Notes under the pieces: generated by a model | Database searches by the model: none | Told to the model about the DNA's origin: nothing | The model's input: the letters and a program-made list of their open reading frames with translations, nothing else | Shown: positions 29,616 through 39,380 of the stretch, piece by piece | Layout of the letters: the number at the start of each line of letters is the position of its first letter | How positions within the stretch are numbered: the stretch's first letter is position 1 | Assembly (NCBI GenBank): GCA_963836075.1 | Contig: CAWIIB010000009.1 | Span: 384,001 to 448,000 of the forward strand | Length of the DNA stretch: 64,000 bases | From: an uncultured Acidobacteriota bacterium | Lineage (GTDB): Bacteria > Acidobacteriota > JAQAZP01 | Direction of reading: 5' to 3' | Made by a program: the position numbers and the translations under genes

Positions 29616-31090
29616 GAGGGATGACCATGACGGACAGGAGCAGGATGCGATACGGGATGGCGCCGGCCGTGCTGCTGGCCGCTCTGCTGGGCGGCTGTTC
29701 GGGTGGGGAGGCTCTACCCCCCGCCACCGCGGAGCCGGCCGTTCCGGCCCAGCGGCCCAACATCGTGCTCATCTCGGTGGACACCCTGCGGCCGGACCGT
29801 CTCTCCTGCTACGGCCACGCCCGCTCCACCAGCCCCAACATGGACCGGCTGGCCCGGGAGGGCACGCTTTTCGAGAACGTGGTGAGCAGCACCTCCTGGA
29901 CCCTGCCGGCCCACAGCTCGATGTTCACCGGGCTGGTGGACTCGGTGCACGGCGTCCTGGAGACCGACACCCGCCTGGGCGACAGCCACAACACCCTGGC
30001 CGAACGGCTGGCCTCGGCCGGCTACGAAACGGTGGGCATCTTCAGCGGCCCCTTGCTGCACCCGGTCTTCGGACTCTCCCAGGGGTTCGAAAGCTACATC
30101 GACTGCACCGGCCTCTCCGGGCAAACCATGAGCGCACTGCGTGCCGGCGACAAGGTGGACAACGAGGTCGTGCGGCAGGCCTCGGCCACCACCATCACCA
30201 ACCCCACCGTGAGCAACGCCACCCGGGACTGGCTGCAGCAGAACAGCAAAAAGCCGTTCTTCATGTTTATCCACATGTGGGACGTGCACTACCTCTACAT
30301 CCCGCCGCCGCCCTACGATGAGCTCTATGACCGTGACTACCGGGGCGCCATGGACGGCCGGCTCTTCTTTACCGGCGGTCTGGACCCCGGGATGCCCGAA
30401 GCCGACCTGCAGCACGTGCTGGCCCTCTACGACGGTGAGATCGCCTGGACCGACCTGTTCGTCGGTCATATCCTCGCCGAGCTGAAGCGCCGGGGCCTCG
30501 ATGAGTCGACGGTGGTGATGCTGCTCTCCGACCACGGGGAGGAGTTTTACGAGCACGGCCTGCGCGGCCACCGGCTGGCGCTCTTCGAGGAGTCGATCCG
30601 CATCCCGCTGGTCGTCCGCTGGCCGGGACGGGTCCCGGCGGGGCGGCAGCTGGAGAACCAGGTGGCCATGGTGGACATCATGCCCACCCTGCTCGACATG
30701 GCCGGGATTGCCGCGGGGGATGAGGTGATGGGGCGGAGCCTGGTGCCGCTGTTCGAGGGGAAGTCATTGCCGGAAGGACCGGCCGCGGTGTGCGAACTCT
30801 ACTCCCTGGACAACAAGCTGCGCTCCTTCCGCCGCAACGAGCGCAAGATGATCGTCAACGAGGCGGTCAACCGCCAGCTCTTCATCGACCTGGTGGACGA
30901 CCCGGCGGAGCAGACGATGATCCGCCGGATGGATCACCCGGCGATCAGCCTGCTGACCCGCGACGCGCGGCAGGCGATGAACTGGATCGCGCGCTTCCGC
31001 CAGGCCCTGCCGGTGGAGCAGTCACCACCGGAGCTGCCGGATGATCTGCGCCGGCACCTTGTGGAACTGGGGTACCTGGAGGAGGAGTGA
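29612..31090 (+). CDS. Sulfatase-like (alkaline phosphatase superfamily) lipoprotein
   Basis: Lipobox LLGGC; PNIVLISVDTLRPD, WTLPAHSSMFTG, SDHGEEF..HG..GH, terminal LVELGY. Confidence 0.88.
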   Translation: MRGMTMTDRSRMRYGMAPAVLLAALLGGCSGGEALPPATAEPAVPAQRPNIVLISVDTLRPDRLSCYGHARSTSPNMDRLAREGTLFENVVSSTSWTLPAHSSMFTGLVDSVHGVLETDTRLGDSHNTLAERLASAGYETVGIFSGPLLHPVFGLSQGFESYIDCTGLSGQTMSALRAGDKVDNEVVRQASATTITNPTVSNATRDWLQQNSKKPFFMFIHMWDVHYLYIPPPPYDELYDRDYRGAMDGRLFFTGGLDPGMPEADLQHVLALYDGEIAWTDLFVGHILAELKRRGLDESTVVMLLSDHGEEFYEHGLRGHRLALFEESIRIPLVVRWPGRVPAGRQLENQVAMVDIMPTLLDMAGIAAGDEVMGRSLVPLFEGKSLPEGPAAVCELYSLDNKLRSFRRNERKMIVNEAVNRQLFIDLVDDPAEQTMIRRMDHPAISLLTRDARQAMNWIARFRQALPVEQSPPELPDDLRRHLVELGYLEEE

Positions 31091-31094
31091 CGCC

Positions 31095-31607
31095 CTACTC
31101 CTCCCAGACGTGGCGCAGGCAGCAGGTGCCGCCCTCGGGCAAGGCCTCGATGGTCTCGAAGGTGACCTTGCTGCCGAACTCCTGGTTGATGTCGTCGATC
31201 AGGGTTTTCAGCCACATGTCACAGCCCGGGCGGTCCTCCTCGATCAGGTCGAAGCGCTCGTGCCAGTCCTTCCAGGGGCAGGCGTCGTGGCGCATGTAGG
31301 CGTGGCCCGGGCTCTCCTTGTCCGGCACCCGCTTGGCGTCCTCGCCCATGGAGACCGAGGAGAAGACAAAGGAATCGGCCACCATCTCGGCCAGCGAGGC
31401 GTCGGGGTCCTGCTCCAGCCGCTTTTTGAAGTGCTTGATGTAGGCCTTGGCCGTGTCGTGACCCACCTCCTCCCAGTAGGCCAGCACCAGCTTCATCGGG
31501 TCGAGGCCGGGGCAGGCCTTCAGCGCCGCGCGCCGCCACTCGAAGTGCGAGGCGCGGTTGATCTGGCTCAGGATCTCGAATCTCTTCTCCCACGACATCT
31601 CGCCCAT
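31095..31607 (-). CDS. ATC-hydrolase/V4R-like small protein
   Basis: HDACPW, PGCD.W, LPEGGTCC Cys pattern; AAGGAG RBS. Confidence 0.65.
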   Translation of the reverse strand: MGEMSWEKRFEILSQINRASHFEWRRAALKACPGLDPMKLVLAYWEEVGHDTAKAYIKHFKKRLEQDPDASLAEMVADSFVFSSVSMGEDAKRVPDKESPGHAYMRHDACPWKDWHERFDLIEEDRPGCDMWLKTLIDDINQEFGSKVTFETIEALPEGGTCCLRHVWEE

Positions 31608-31622
31608 GGGATTCTCCTTTCC

Positions 31623-31847
31623 CTACCGGGGGTTGTTGTAGCACTCGTGGACCGCCACCGGTTCCTTCTCCGGAAGCTCGAAACGGATGGCGTTTATCGG
31701 GCAGACGTCGTTGCAGATGCCGCACTCCTCGCAGAGGTCCACCAGGATGGCCGCCTTCTCCTTGATCAGTCCGATGACCTGCGGCGGGCATAACTTGACG
31801 CAGACACCGCAGCCGTCGCACTTGAAAACATCGATGATCGGGACCAT
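31623..31847 (-). CDS. 2x[4Fe-4S] ferredoxin
   Basis: CDGCGVCVKLCP and CEECGICNDVCP. Confidence 0.93.
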   Translation of the reverse strand: MVPIIDVFKCDGCGVCVKLCPPQVIGLIKEKAAILVDLCEECGICNDVCPINAIRFELPEKEPVAVHECYNNPR

Positions 31848-31862
31848 GTTTCCATACCTCCG

Positions 31863-33828
31863 TTAAATACGCATCCCCAGGCGGTAGCCGTCCAGCAGGG
31901 CGTTGACCGCCCGGCGAACCTGCAGGGAATCGCCGATGACATAGGAGTCCTTTTTCTTCACCGCCTCGCGCAGCTCGGCGCCCACCGGGGTCATGTTGGC
32001 CAGCACCACCGTGTCGGCCTCCACCAGGACATCCTTGCTGTCCTTGGCCGTGACCACCACCCCGCTGGCGGTGATCTCCTTGACCTGGCAGAGGGTCACC
32101 ATCTCCACGTTGGCCCCCCTGAGCTTGCTCATGTAGCGCCAGATGTAGGAGGGATTGACATCGCGGCCGAACTTCTTCTGCGGGCCGATCATGGTCACCG
32201 TGTGCCCCCCCTTGTCGAGGAGGTAGAGCGCGGTGGAGATGGAAACGCCGGTGCCGCCGATGATCGCCACCCGCTTGCCCACGTCGACTTTCTTGTGCAT
32301 CACGTCCAGCGCGGAAACCACGTTGGGCCCGTCACCACCCGGATAAGCCGAGGGGTCGGGGGCGGCGCCGGTGGCCAGCACCACGATGTCGGTGCCCAGT
32401 TCCTCCAGCATCTCCTTTGTCGCCGCGGTGCCCAGCTTCAACTGGCCGCCGTGCTTCTTCAGCATGGTGACATAGTAGTTGACCAGCCGGCCGAACTCCT
32501 CGTCGCCCCAGGGGCCGTTGGCCGCGGCCGAGAGCTGGCCGCCAGGCTGCTCCTCCCTCTCGTAGACCGTTACCTGGTGGCCCTTCTCGGCGGCGATCAC
32601 CGCCGTCTGCAGGCCGGCCACCCCCGATCCCACCACGGCCACCGTTTTCGGCCTCTCCGTTTTTGCGAAGCCGTAGAAGCCGAACTCCGGCTCGGTCTCG
32701 TGGCCCAGCGAGGGACGGACCATGCAGTTCAGCTCGGCGTCGCGGAAGAGGCGGGCCAGGCAGAGGTTGCAGGCCATGCAGGGGATGATCTCGTCCTGCC
32801 GGTCCTCGAGGATTTTCTGCGGCAGCATCGGGTCGGCGATCATCGCGCGGCACGATTCCCAGAAGTCGAGCTTGCCCTCGCCGATGGCCTGGTCCGGCTG
32901 GTCGGGGAGGAAGAGGCGGTAGGCCATGGCCACGGTGATCTGCTCGGGCAGGGCCTTCTTGTATTCCTCGGCGATGTAGAGCCACGAGCCCTGGGGGCAG
33001 TCGCGGCTGATCACCGACTTGGCCGACTCCTGCCAGCCGGCGGTGATGGAGAGGCAGTCCACCCCGGCGTCGACGATGATCTTGTTGGTGGTCATCGTGT
33101 CCTCGGGGGTGTTGCCGCCCCGGTCGTCCAGCAGCTCGCGGCCGCAGAGGCGGATGACGATGGGATAGTCGTCGCCCACCACCTTGCGGATGCCGGCCAC
33201 GATGCGGCGGGGGAACTCGGCCCGCTTCTCCGGCGAACCGCCGAACTCGTCGGTCCGCTTGTTGGTGTAGGGCGAGATGAAGTTGGAGAGCAGGTAGCCG
33301 ACGATGCCCGAGATCTCGATGGCGTCGAAGCCGGCCTCCTGGCAGCGGATGGCCGCGTCAACGTGCTCCTGGACGCACTGCTCGATGTCCTCGACGCGTC
33401 ATCTCCACCGGCTCGCGGAAGCGGGGCAGCCGCTGGGGCACCACCGAGGGGCCCACGGTGTAGTCGAGATGCACGCCGCCCACCCGGCCGCAGTGCATCA
33501 GCTGCAGCACCGACTTGGAGTCGTACTTGCGGATCACGTCGGCGATGCGCTTCAGGCCGGGGATGAACTGGTCGTCGTAGATCGCCATCATCCCCACGTA
33601 GCCCTTGCCCTCGCCGCGAGGGGTCGGTGAAGGCGCCCTGGGTGGTCACCATCCCGGCGCCGCCCCGGGCCTGGGCCTCCATGTAGGCCACCTCCTTGTC
33701 CGAGACAAGCCGTCGACGAAGTTGAAGTTGGTCTCGGTGGAGGCGTACTTGATGCGGTTCTTCACCTCCATCTTCCCCAGGTATCCCGGGGAGAAGACGT
33801 GGGGATATTTTTTTGCGCCCGGTAGCAT
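31863..33828 (-). CDS. NADH:flavin oxidoreductase (FadH/2,4-dienoyl-CoA reductase-like; FMN, 4Fe-4S, FAD); three single-base frameshifts (~33710, ~33615, ~33395)
   Basis: EVKNRI, ARGGAGM, LQLMHCGR, EAGFDAIEISGIVGYL..NKRTDEFGGS, CMACNLC-x11-C, two Rossmann-type Gly motifs; AGGAGG RBS. Confidence 0.85.
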
Positions 33829-33861
33829 GAGAACCTCCTGCTATTGATAGTTATCATTTCC

Positions 33862-33939
33862 AGGGACGTACATGAATATATGAATATTTGGCGCCTGGCG
33901 CCTGATTCTCAAAATATTCATATATTCATGTACGTCCCT
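33862..33939. repeat. Perfect 28-bp inverted repeat (GGGACGTACAT family, copy 3)
   Basis: AGGGACGTACATGAATATATGAATATTT-N22-AAATATTCATATATTCATGTACGTCCCT. Confidence 0.92.
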
Positions 33940-33943
33940 CCGT

Positions 33944-34408
33944 TTACGCTTCGCCAGCCAACCGCTGCAGTTCCTCCAGCTTCGGGCGGTGGAGGATCAT
34001 CGCGCAAGCGGCCACCACGACGAAGAGATACAGCGTCTGCAGGCTGTCGCCGAGGAAGACCAGAACCAGCCCGAACAGACCTACCGCTTCGCAGATACCC
34101 GCGGAGATCATGGTGGCCATCCGGTATTTCGCCACCGCTACCGCACTCCCCAACGGCTGGCCCGATCCATCACCGGCGAGCATCCGCCTGCGGATGAAGA
34201 ATGAGCCGACAAGCATCAGGCCGCCCACCCCGGCGAGGATGTTTCTGATCGGCTGTACTGGAATGGATTCCGGATCCACCAGGTTCCGGCCGATGAGGGC
34301 GTGGCCGATCACCGCGTAGATCACCAGCGCCACGAAAATGGCACCCCAGATCACCTGGGTGGTACGGAACTCCTTCTGCAGGGTCTCGGTCATGGTGCTC
34401 ATGATCAT
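33944..34408 (-). CDS. Hypothetical 4-TM membrane protein
   Basis: GGAGGAGG RBS; four hydrophobic helices; ICEAVGLFGLV, terminal HRP. Confidence 0.75.
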   Translation of the reverse strand: MIMSTMTETLQKEFRTTQVIWGAIFVALVIYAVIGHALIGRNLVDPESIPVQPIRNILAGVGGLMLVGSFFIRRRMLAGDGSGQPLGSAVAVAKYRMATMISAGICEAVGLFGLVLVFLGDSLQTLYLFVVVAACAMILHRPKLEELQRLAGEA

Positions 34409-34421
34409 CCCTCCTCCCTCC

Positions 34422-34508
34422 TGTCATCGCGAACGTAGCGAGGCGATCTCTGTCAGGATTCACTGGTTCGTTTGAAATTGCTTCGTCGCTACGCTCCTCG
34501 CAATGACA
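34422..34508. repeat. GTCATTGCGAG-type (RPE-like) palindromic element
   Basis: TGTCATCGCGA..GAGGCGATCTC...GAAATTGCTTCGTCGCTACGCTCCTCGCAATGACA. Confidence 0.75.
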
Positions 34509-34513
34509 ATCTG

Positions 34514-35716
34514 TCACTCCGTTCCAAACACAATCCCCGCGTCCCGCCAGGCCGCCACTTCATCTTCACCGGCGCCGGCCTCGGAGAGGATGCGCACCGT
34601 GTCCTGGCCATAGCGGGGCGGCGGCCCCAGAACCGCCGGCTCGTCGTCCCGCTGCACCGCCGACGGCTGCAGCTTCACCACGGTGCCGTCGGGGAGGGTG
34701 GTGCTCTTGAGGTGCGGCACCAGCCAGCCCGCCTCCGCCACCTGCGGGATGGTGCTCACCGCACAGGCCACGATGCCGGCCTGGTTCAGCGCCTCCACCA
34801 GGGTGGCAGTCTCCCAGCCTTTGGTCACCTCGGCCACTTCAAGGTGGATTTCCTCCCGCTGGGCCTTGCGCCCCTCGTTGGTGGACCGCACGTCGTTGGC
34901 CAGCTTCTTGAACGCATCGAGGCCGGTGAGCCGCTGCCACTGCACGTCATTGCCCACCGCCAGCAGCAGGTGGCCGTCTCTGGTGGGATAGACATTGACC
35001 GGCACGAACTGCCGGTGTTCGTTGCCCGCACGGTTGAAGCAGTCGGACGGCGCGCCCATCCCCACCATGGGCAGGGTGGTGATCAGCCAGCTGGCCGCCA
35101 CCCGGGCCATGGAGACGTCGATGCGCCGGGCCCCGGCCCCCTCGGCCTGTTCGGCCAGGGCGAGCATGGTCTGGGCAAAGACCTCGTCACCGGCCTTGAG
35201 GTCGGCCAGCGGGGCGCCAGTGAGCATCGGCGGGCCCTTGGGGTCGCCGGTGATCGCCATGTGGCCGGTGGCCGCCTGCACTGCCGGGTCGTAGCCCGGG
35301 GTCTTTGGCGCCTCGGGCCCGTAGGCAGAGATGCCGGCCCAGATGATCTTCGGGTTGTGCTTCTTCAGTGTCTCGAAGTCGATGCCCAGCTGCTCGTAGC
35401 GGGCGGGCAGGGTGTTGCAGCAGAAGACGTCCACCGGCAGCTCGCGCACCAGTCGGTGCAGCACCGCCCGGCCCTCCTCCGTCTTGAGGTTGATCGACAT
35501 CGCCTCCTTGCCCGCATTGGGCGCGACGAAGTAGGAGCAGCAGTCGGGGCCGCCCACCGGGTCGCCGATGTAGCGGTTGGGATCGCCGGGGGTGGTCTGG
35601 CCCGGCGCCGGTGTGGGCTCGAGCTTGATCACCCGCCAGCCGAGACAGGCGAAGCGCAGCGTGGCATAGGTCATGGAGAGCGCCTGCTCGAGGCTGAGCA
35701 CGGTTCTCGGTCTCAC
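34514..35716 (-). CDS. Class III CoA-transferase (CaiB/BaiF)
   Basis: LGWRVIKLE..GDPNR, NAGKEAMSINLK, GISAYG..GYD..QA.TG, PLADLKAG. Confidence 0.9.
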   Translation of the reverse strand: MRPRTVLSLEQALSMTYATLRFACLGWRVIKLEPTPAPGQTTPGDPNRYIGDPVGGPDCCSYFVAPNAGKEAMSINLKTEEGRAVLHRLVRELPVDVFCCNTLPARYEQLGIDFETLKKHNPKIIWAGISAYGPEAPKTPGYDPAVQAATGHMAITGDPKGPPMLTGAPLADLKAGDEVFAQTMLALAEQAEGAGARRIDVSMARVAASWLITTLPMVGMGAPSDCFNRAGNEHRQFVPVNVYPTRDGHLLLAVGNDVQWQRLTGLDAFKKLANDVRSTNEGRKAQREEIHLEVAEVTKGWETATLVEALNQAGIVACAVSTIPQVAEAGWLVPHLKSTTLPDGTVVKLQPSAVQRDDEPAVLGPPPRYGQDTVRILSEAGAGEDEVAAWRDAGIVFGTE

Positions 35717-38035
35717 GTCATCTCCTCCGGAAGGACCTCGCGGCCGGCGCGCAGCGAAAGCAGCACCCGCTCGGGGGTCAGCGGCAGCCGCCGGAAACGG
35801 ATGCCGGTGGCGTCGTGCACCGCGTTGGCCAGTGCCGGGGCGACGCAGATGGCCGGCGCTTCGCCGATCCCCTTGGCCCCGAACGGCCCCTCGGGCGCTC
35901 TGGTCTCGATGAAGTGCATCTCCACCTCGGGCATCTCCGGCGCGGTGATCAGCCGGTAATCGCGGAAGTCGGGGTTTTGCACCCGGCCCTCCTTCACCTG
36001 CAAATCTTCGGTGAGGCCGTAGCCCAGGCCCATGGACACACCACCCTCCACCTGGCCCTCGATGCCCAGGCGGTTGAGCACCCGGCCCACGTCGTGGGCC
36101 GCGGTGACCTTGAGCGGCCGCACCACCCCGGTCTCGGTGTCCACCTCCACCTCCACCACGTGGGTGCCGAAGGCGTAAGTCGGCGAGACGTTGCCCTTGA
36201 ATTCGCGGTTCTGCATCTGGCTGGGCGGCTCATAGTAGTGCTCGGTGATCACCGTCTCGAACTTGCTCCTGAAATGCAGCTTGCGGATCACCTTGCCCAG
36301 CCCGATCAGCACTTCCCCGTCCCCGGCCCGCACCACCTGGCCCCTGCGGATGTCGAGCTGGTCGGCGGGGAGTTCCAGCTGTTCGGCGGCGGCAGCGAGG
36401 AGTTTGGCCCGCGCTTTCTCCGCCGCGCCCCGGGCCGAGTTGCCGGCGACAAAGGTGGTGCGCGAGGCGTGGACCCCCACGTCCCAGGGCGTGATCGCGG
36501 TATCGTCGTTGATCACCCGGATCCGCTCCAGCGGCACTCCGAGCACTTCGGCGACGATCATCGCCAGCACCGTCTCCGAACCCTGGCCGATCTCCGACGA
36601 GCCGGTGATCAGGGTGAAGTTGGCGTAGTCGTCGGCTTTGAGGATCGTGCCGCAACCGTCCGAGTGGTAGATCTTGGCCCCGCCGCCCACGTGGACCATG
36701 GAGGCCATGCCGATGCCCCGCTTGAGGTGCGGCTCCGGCGCCTCCATCCGGCCGTGCTTTTCGGCCCAGCCGGCCGAGCCGGCCGCCGTCTCCAGGCACT
36801 CCTTCTGCCCGCAGGTCTCCAGATACATCCCCTGGCCGGTGGTCTCCCCCTGCTCCAGCGAGTTCTTCAGCCTGAGTTCCAGCGGATCGATGCCCAGTTC
36901 ATCGGCCAGCCGGTCGAGCTGGGACTCCACGGCAAAGGTGGCCTGCAGGTTGCCGTAGCCGCGCATCGAACCCGAGTAGGGGTTGTTGGTGTTCACCACC
37001 GTGGTGTGGAAGCGGACGCTGGGCACGCGGTAGAGCGAGGAAAAGCAGTGCATCATCACGAAGGGTGTGGTGGCCCCCCAGGAGGTGCGGCCGCCGTTGT
37101 CGTGGACCAGGTGCGCGTCACGAAATGTCAGGGTGCCGTCCTTCTTCGCGCCGCAACGCAGCCTGATCTCGGTGGGCTGGCGGGTGGGCGAGGCGATGAA
37201 CTCCTCATGGCGGTTGAACAGCAGGCGCACCGGCCGGCCGGAGGCCCGGGCCAGGTGCACCGCGATCGGCTCGAAGGGGTAGATGTCGAGCTTGGAACCG
37301 AAGCCGCCGCCAATGGTGGCCTGGACCACCCGGATCTTCTCCGGCGGCATCCTGACGATCCAGGCCATGTCCCGCTGGTAGAGGAAGGGGACCTGGGTCA
37401 GCGACCAGAGGGTCAGGTCGTCACGGGGCCCGAACTCGGCGATAATGCCCGAGGAGCCCATGCAGGCGTGGGTGACGAACTGCAGGTGGTAGGTGTCCTC
37501 CAGCACCACGTCGCTCTCCCGCTCGGCGGCCTCCACGTCGCCGTGGGCGTAGTCGTAGCGGAAGGGGACGTTGTCCGGCCGCTCCTCGTGAATCACCGGC
37601 GCCCCGGGCTTCAGCGCCTCGTGGGGGTCGAACACCGGCGGCAGGTCCTCGTATTCCACCTCGATCAGGCGGCAGGCCTCGCGGGCGATCTCCTCGGTCT
37701 CGGCGGCCACCGCGGCGATCTCGTCCCGCTGGCAGGTGACCTTGTCGCCCTTCAGGGCGTAGTTGTCCTTGCCGTGGCCGAAGGGGACGTTGATGATATC
37801 CTCCGCGGTGATCACCGCCTTGACCCCGGGCAGCGATTTCGCCCGCTCGGTTTTCACCGCAAGGATTTTCGCGTGGACCCGGTTCGTGCGCTTGATGGCG
37901 CCGTGCAGCATGCGCGGCCGCACCAGATCGTGGATGTAGACCGCGCGGCCGGTGGCACGCTCCGGCCCGTCCAGTTTTGGGGATACGTTGGCCGATCAGG
38001 CTCTCCCGGAGGATCTTCGGGGCGTTGTCGCTCAT
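35713..38035 (-). CDS. Xanthine dehydrogenase-family molybdopterin subunit; +1 frameshift in an A-run (~37976)
   Basis: IGQRIPK-LDG..ATGRAVYIHD, IGGGFGSK, MRGYG, EIGQGSET, ASRTT, GQVEGG, AKGIGE. Confidence 0.9.
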
Positions 38036-38520
38036 GGCTCTACCCCCCTTTTAGCCAGCGATCGGATGGCATCGATGATCTTGACATAGCCGGTGCAGCG
38101 GCAGAGGTTCCCCTCCACCGAACGGCGGATCTGCTCCTCGGTGGGGTTGGGGTTCTCGCGGACAAAGGCATAGGCCCGCAGAACCATCGCCGGGGTGCAG
38201 AACCCGCACTGCACCGCACCCAGTTCCACAAAGGCGGCCACGGCCGGGTGCATTTCACCGTTCCGGCCCTGGAGCCCCTCGATGGTGGTCACCTCCCGGC
38301 CGTCGGCCTCGGCTGCCGGGTAGAGGCAGGAGTTCACCGCCACGCCGTCCACCAGCACGGTGCAGGCGCCGCAGTCCCCCTCCTCGCAGCTGGTCTTGGT
38401 CCCCTTGAGGTCCAAACGCTCGCGGAGCATGTCCACCAGCCGTTCCGCAGGCCGGACCGCCGTCTTCACCGGCTCGCCGTTGATGATGCAGCTGACTTCA
38501 AGCTCTACAGGCACGGGCAA
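38032..38520 (-). CDS. XDH-family 2x[2Fe-2S] subunit
   Basis: CEEGDCGACTV..NSC, QCGFCTP, GNLCRCTGY. Confidence 0.93.
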   Translation of the reverse strand: MPVPVELEVSCIINGEPVKTAVRPAERLVDMLRERLDLKGTKTSCEEGDCGACTVLVDGVAVNSCLYPAAEADGREVTTIEGLQGRNGEMHPAVAAFVELGAVQCGFCTPAMVLRAYAFVRENPNPTEEQIRRSVEGNLCRCTGYVKIIDAIRSLAKRGVEP

Positions 38521-39380
38521 GCCTCCTTACCAGCGACGCTGCCAGCTCGCGGCGATAGGCCGCGCTGCCGCGCACATCGGAGATCGGCGACACTTCCTGT
38601 CGCGCCGCTTCCGATGCCAGTTCCAGCGTTTCTTCATTCAGCAGTTGTCCATTGAGGGCTGCTTCGGTCTGCGGGCCGCGTATCGGCCGGTCGGCCAGCG
38701 CACCGAAAGCGATCCGCACCTCGCTCACCCGCTCCCCTTCCATCAGCAGGCCCATGCCGGCGGAAGCCGTGGCACAGACCATGGCCGGCCGGGTGCCCGG
38801 TTTCTGCGAGGCGAAGCGCATCCCGGCGGGCTGCGGGGGGATGACCACCGCGCTGATCAGCTCGTTGGTCTCCCGCACCGTCGAGCCGGGGCCGGTGAAG
38901 AAATCGGCCAGGGGAACCCGTCTCAGGTTCGGGCTGCTGTCCCCTCCGCAGGAAGCCAGCTCCACTTCGGCCTCGAGGATGAGCAGCGGCACGGCCGTGT
39001 CGGCGGCCGGCGAGGCGTTGGCCAGGTTGCCGCCCATGAGTGGCCACCGCCCTGATCTGGGGCGAGGCGATGAGGTCGGCGGCCGTGGCCAGCACCGGGC
39101 AGGTCTCGTTGAGCAGGGTATCGGCAGCCAGCTGGCGGAAGGTGGCCGCGCCGCCGATGCGGATCGTGTCGCCGTCCCGCTCGATCACGCCCAGCTCGGG
39201 AATGCGCTTGAGGCTCACCATCTCCCAGGACCCGGGCGGCATCTGACGCCTGTGGTCGCGGACCAGCAGGTCGGTCCCCCCGGCCACCGGCCAGAGCGGC
39301 ACCTCGGCCCCGGCCATCAGGGCCAGCGCTTCACGGAGAGACGCCGGCCGGTGGTAGTTGCGGCATTCGCTGGCACTCAA
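38498..39380 (-). CDS. XDH-family FAD-binding subunit; +1 frameshift (~39040)
   Basis: AGGTDL, IASPQIRAVAT-MGGNLANASPAAD, PISDVRGSAAYR. Confidence 0.9.

Noticed and set aside
37970-37985. Programmed ribosomal frameshift at CCCCAAAA in the Mo-subunit gene
   Set aside because: A homopolymer error is more parsimonious given the many other indels; I know of no such regulation in this family
35815-38655. 946-aa plus-strand ORF and other long overlapping ORFs (e.g. 15487-17337, 49010-51022, 17443-18819, the 5' extensions of 892-2469 and 26619-28571)
   Set aside because: Shadow frames of well-supported genes in high-GC DNA; no recognisable motifs
35713-39380. 4-hydroxybenzoyl-CoA reductase (hcrCAB) assignment
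   Set aside because: The FAD subunit goes straight from GGNL to ANASPAAD, without the Cys-rich [4Fe-4S] insertion characteristic of HcrB
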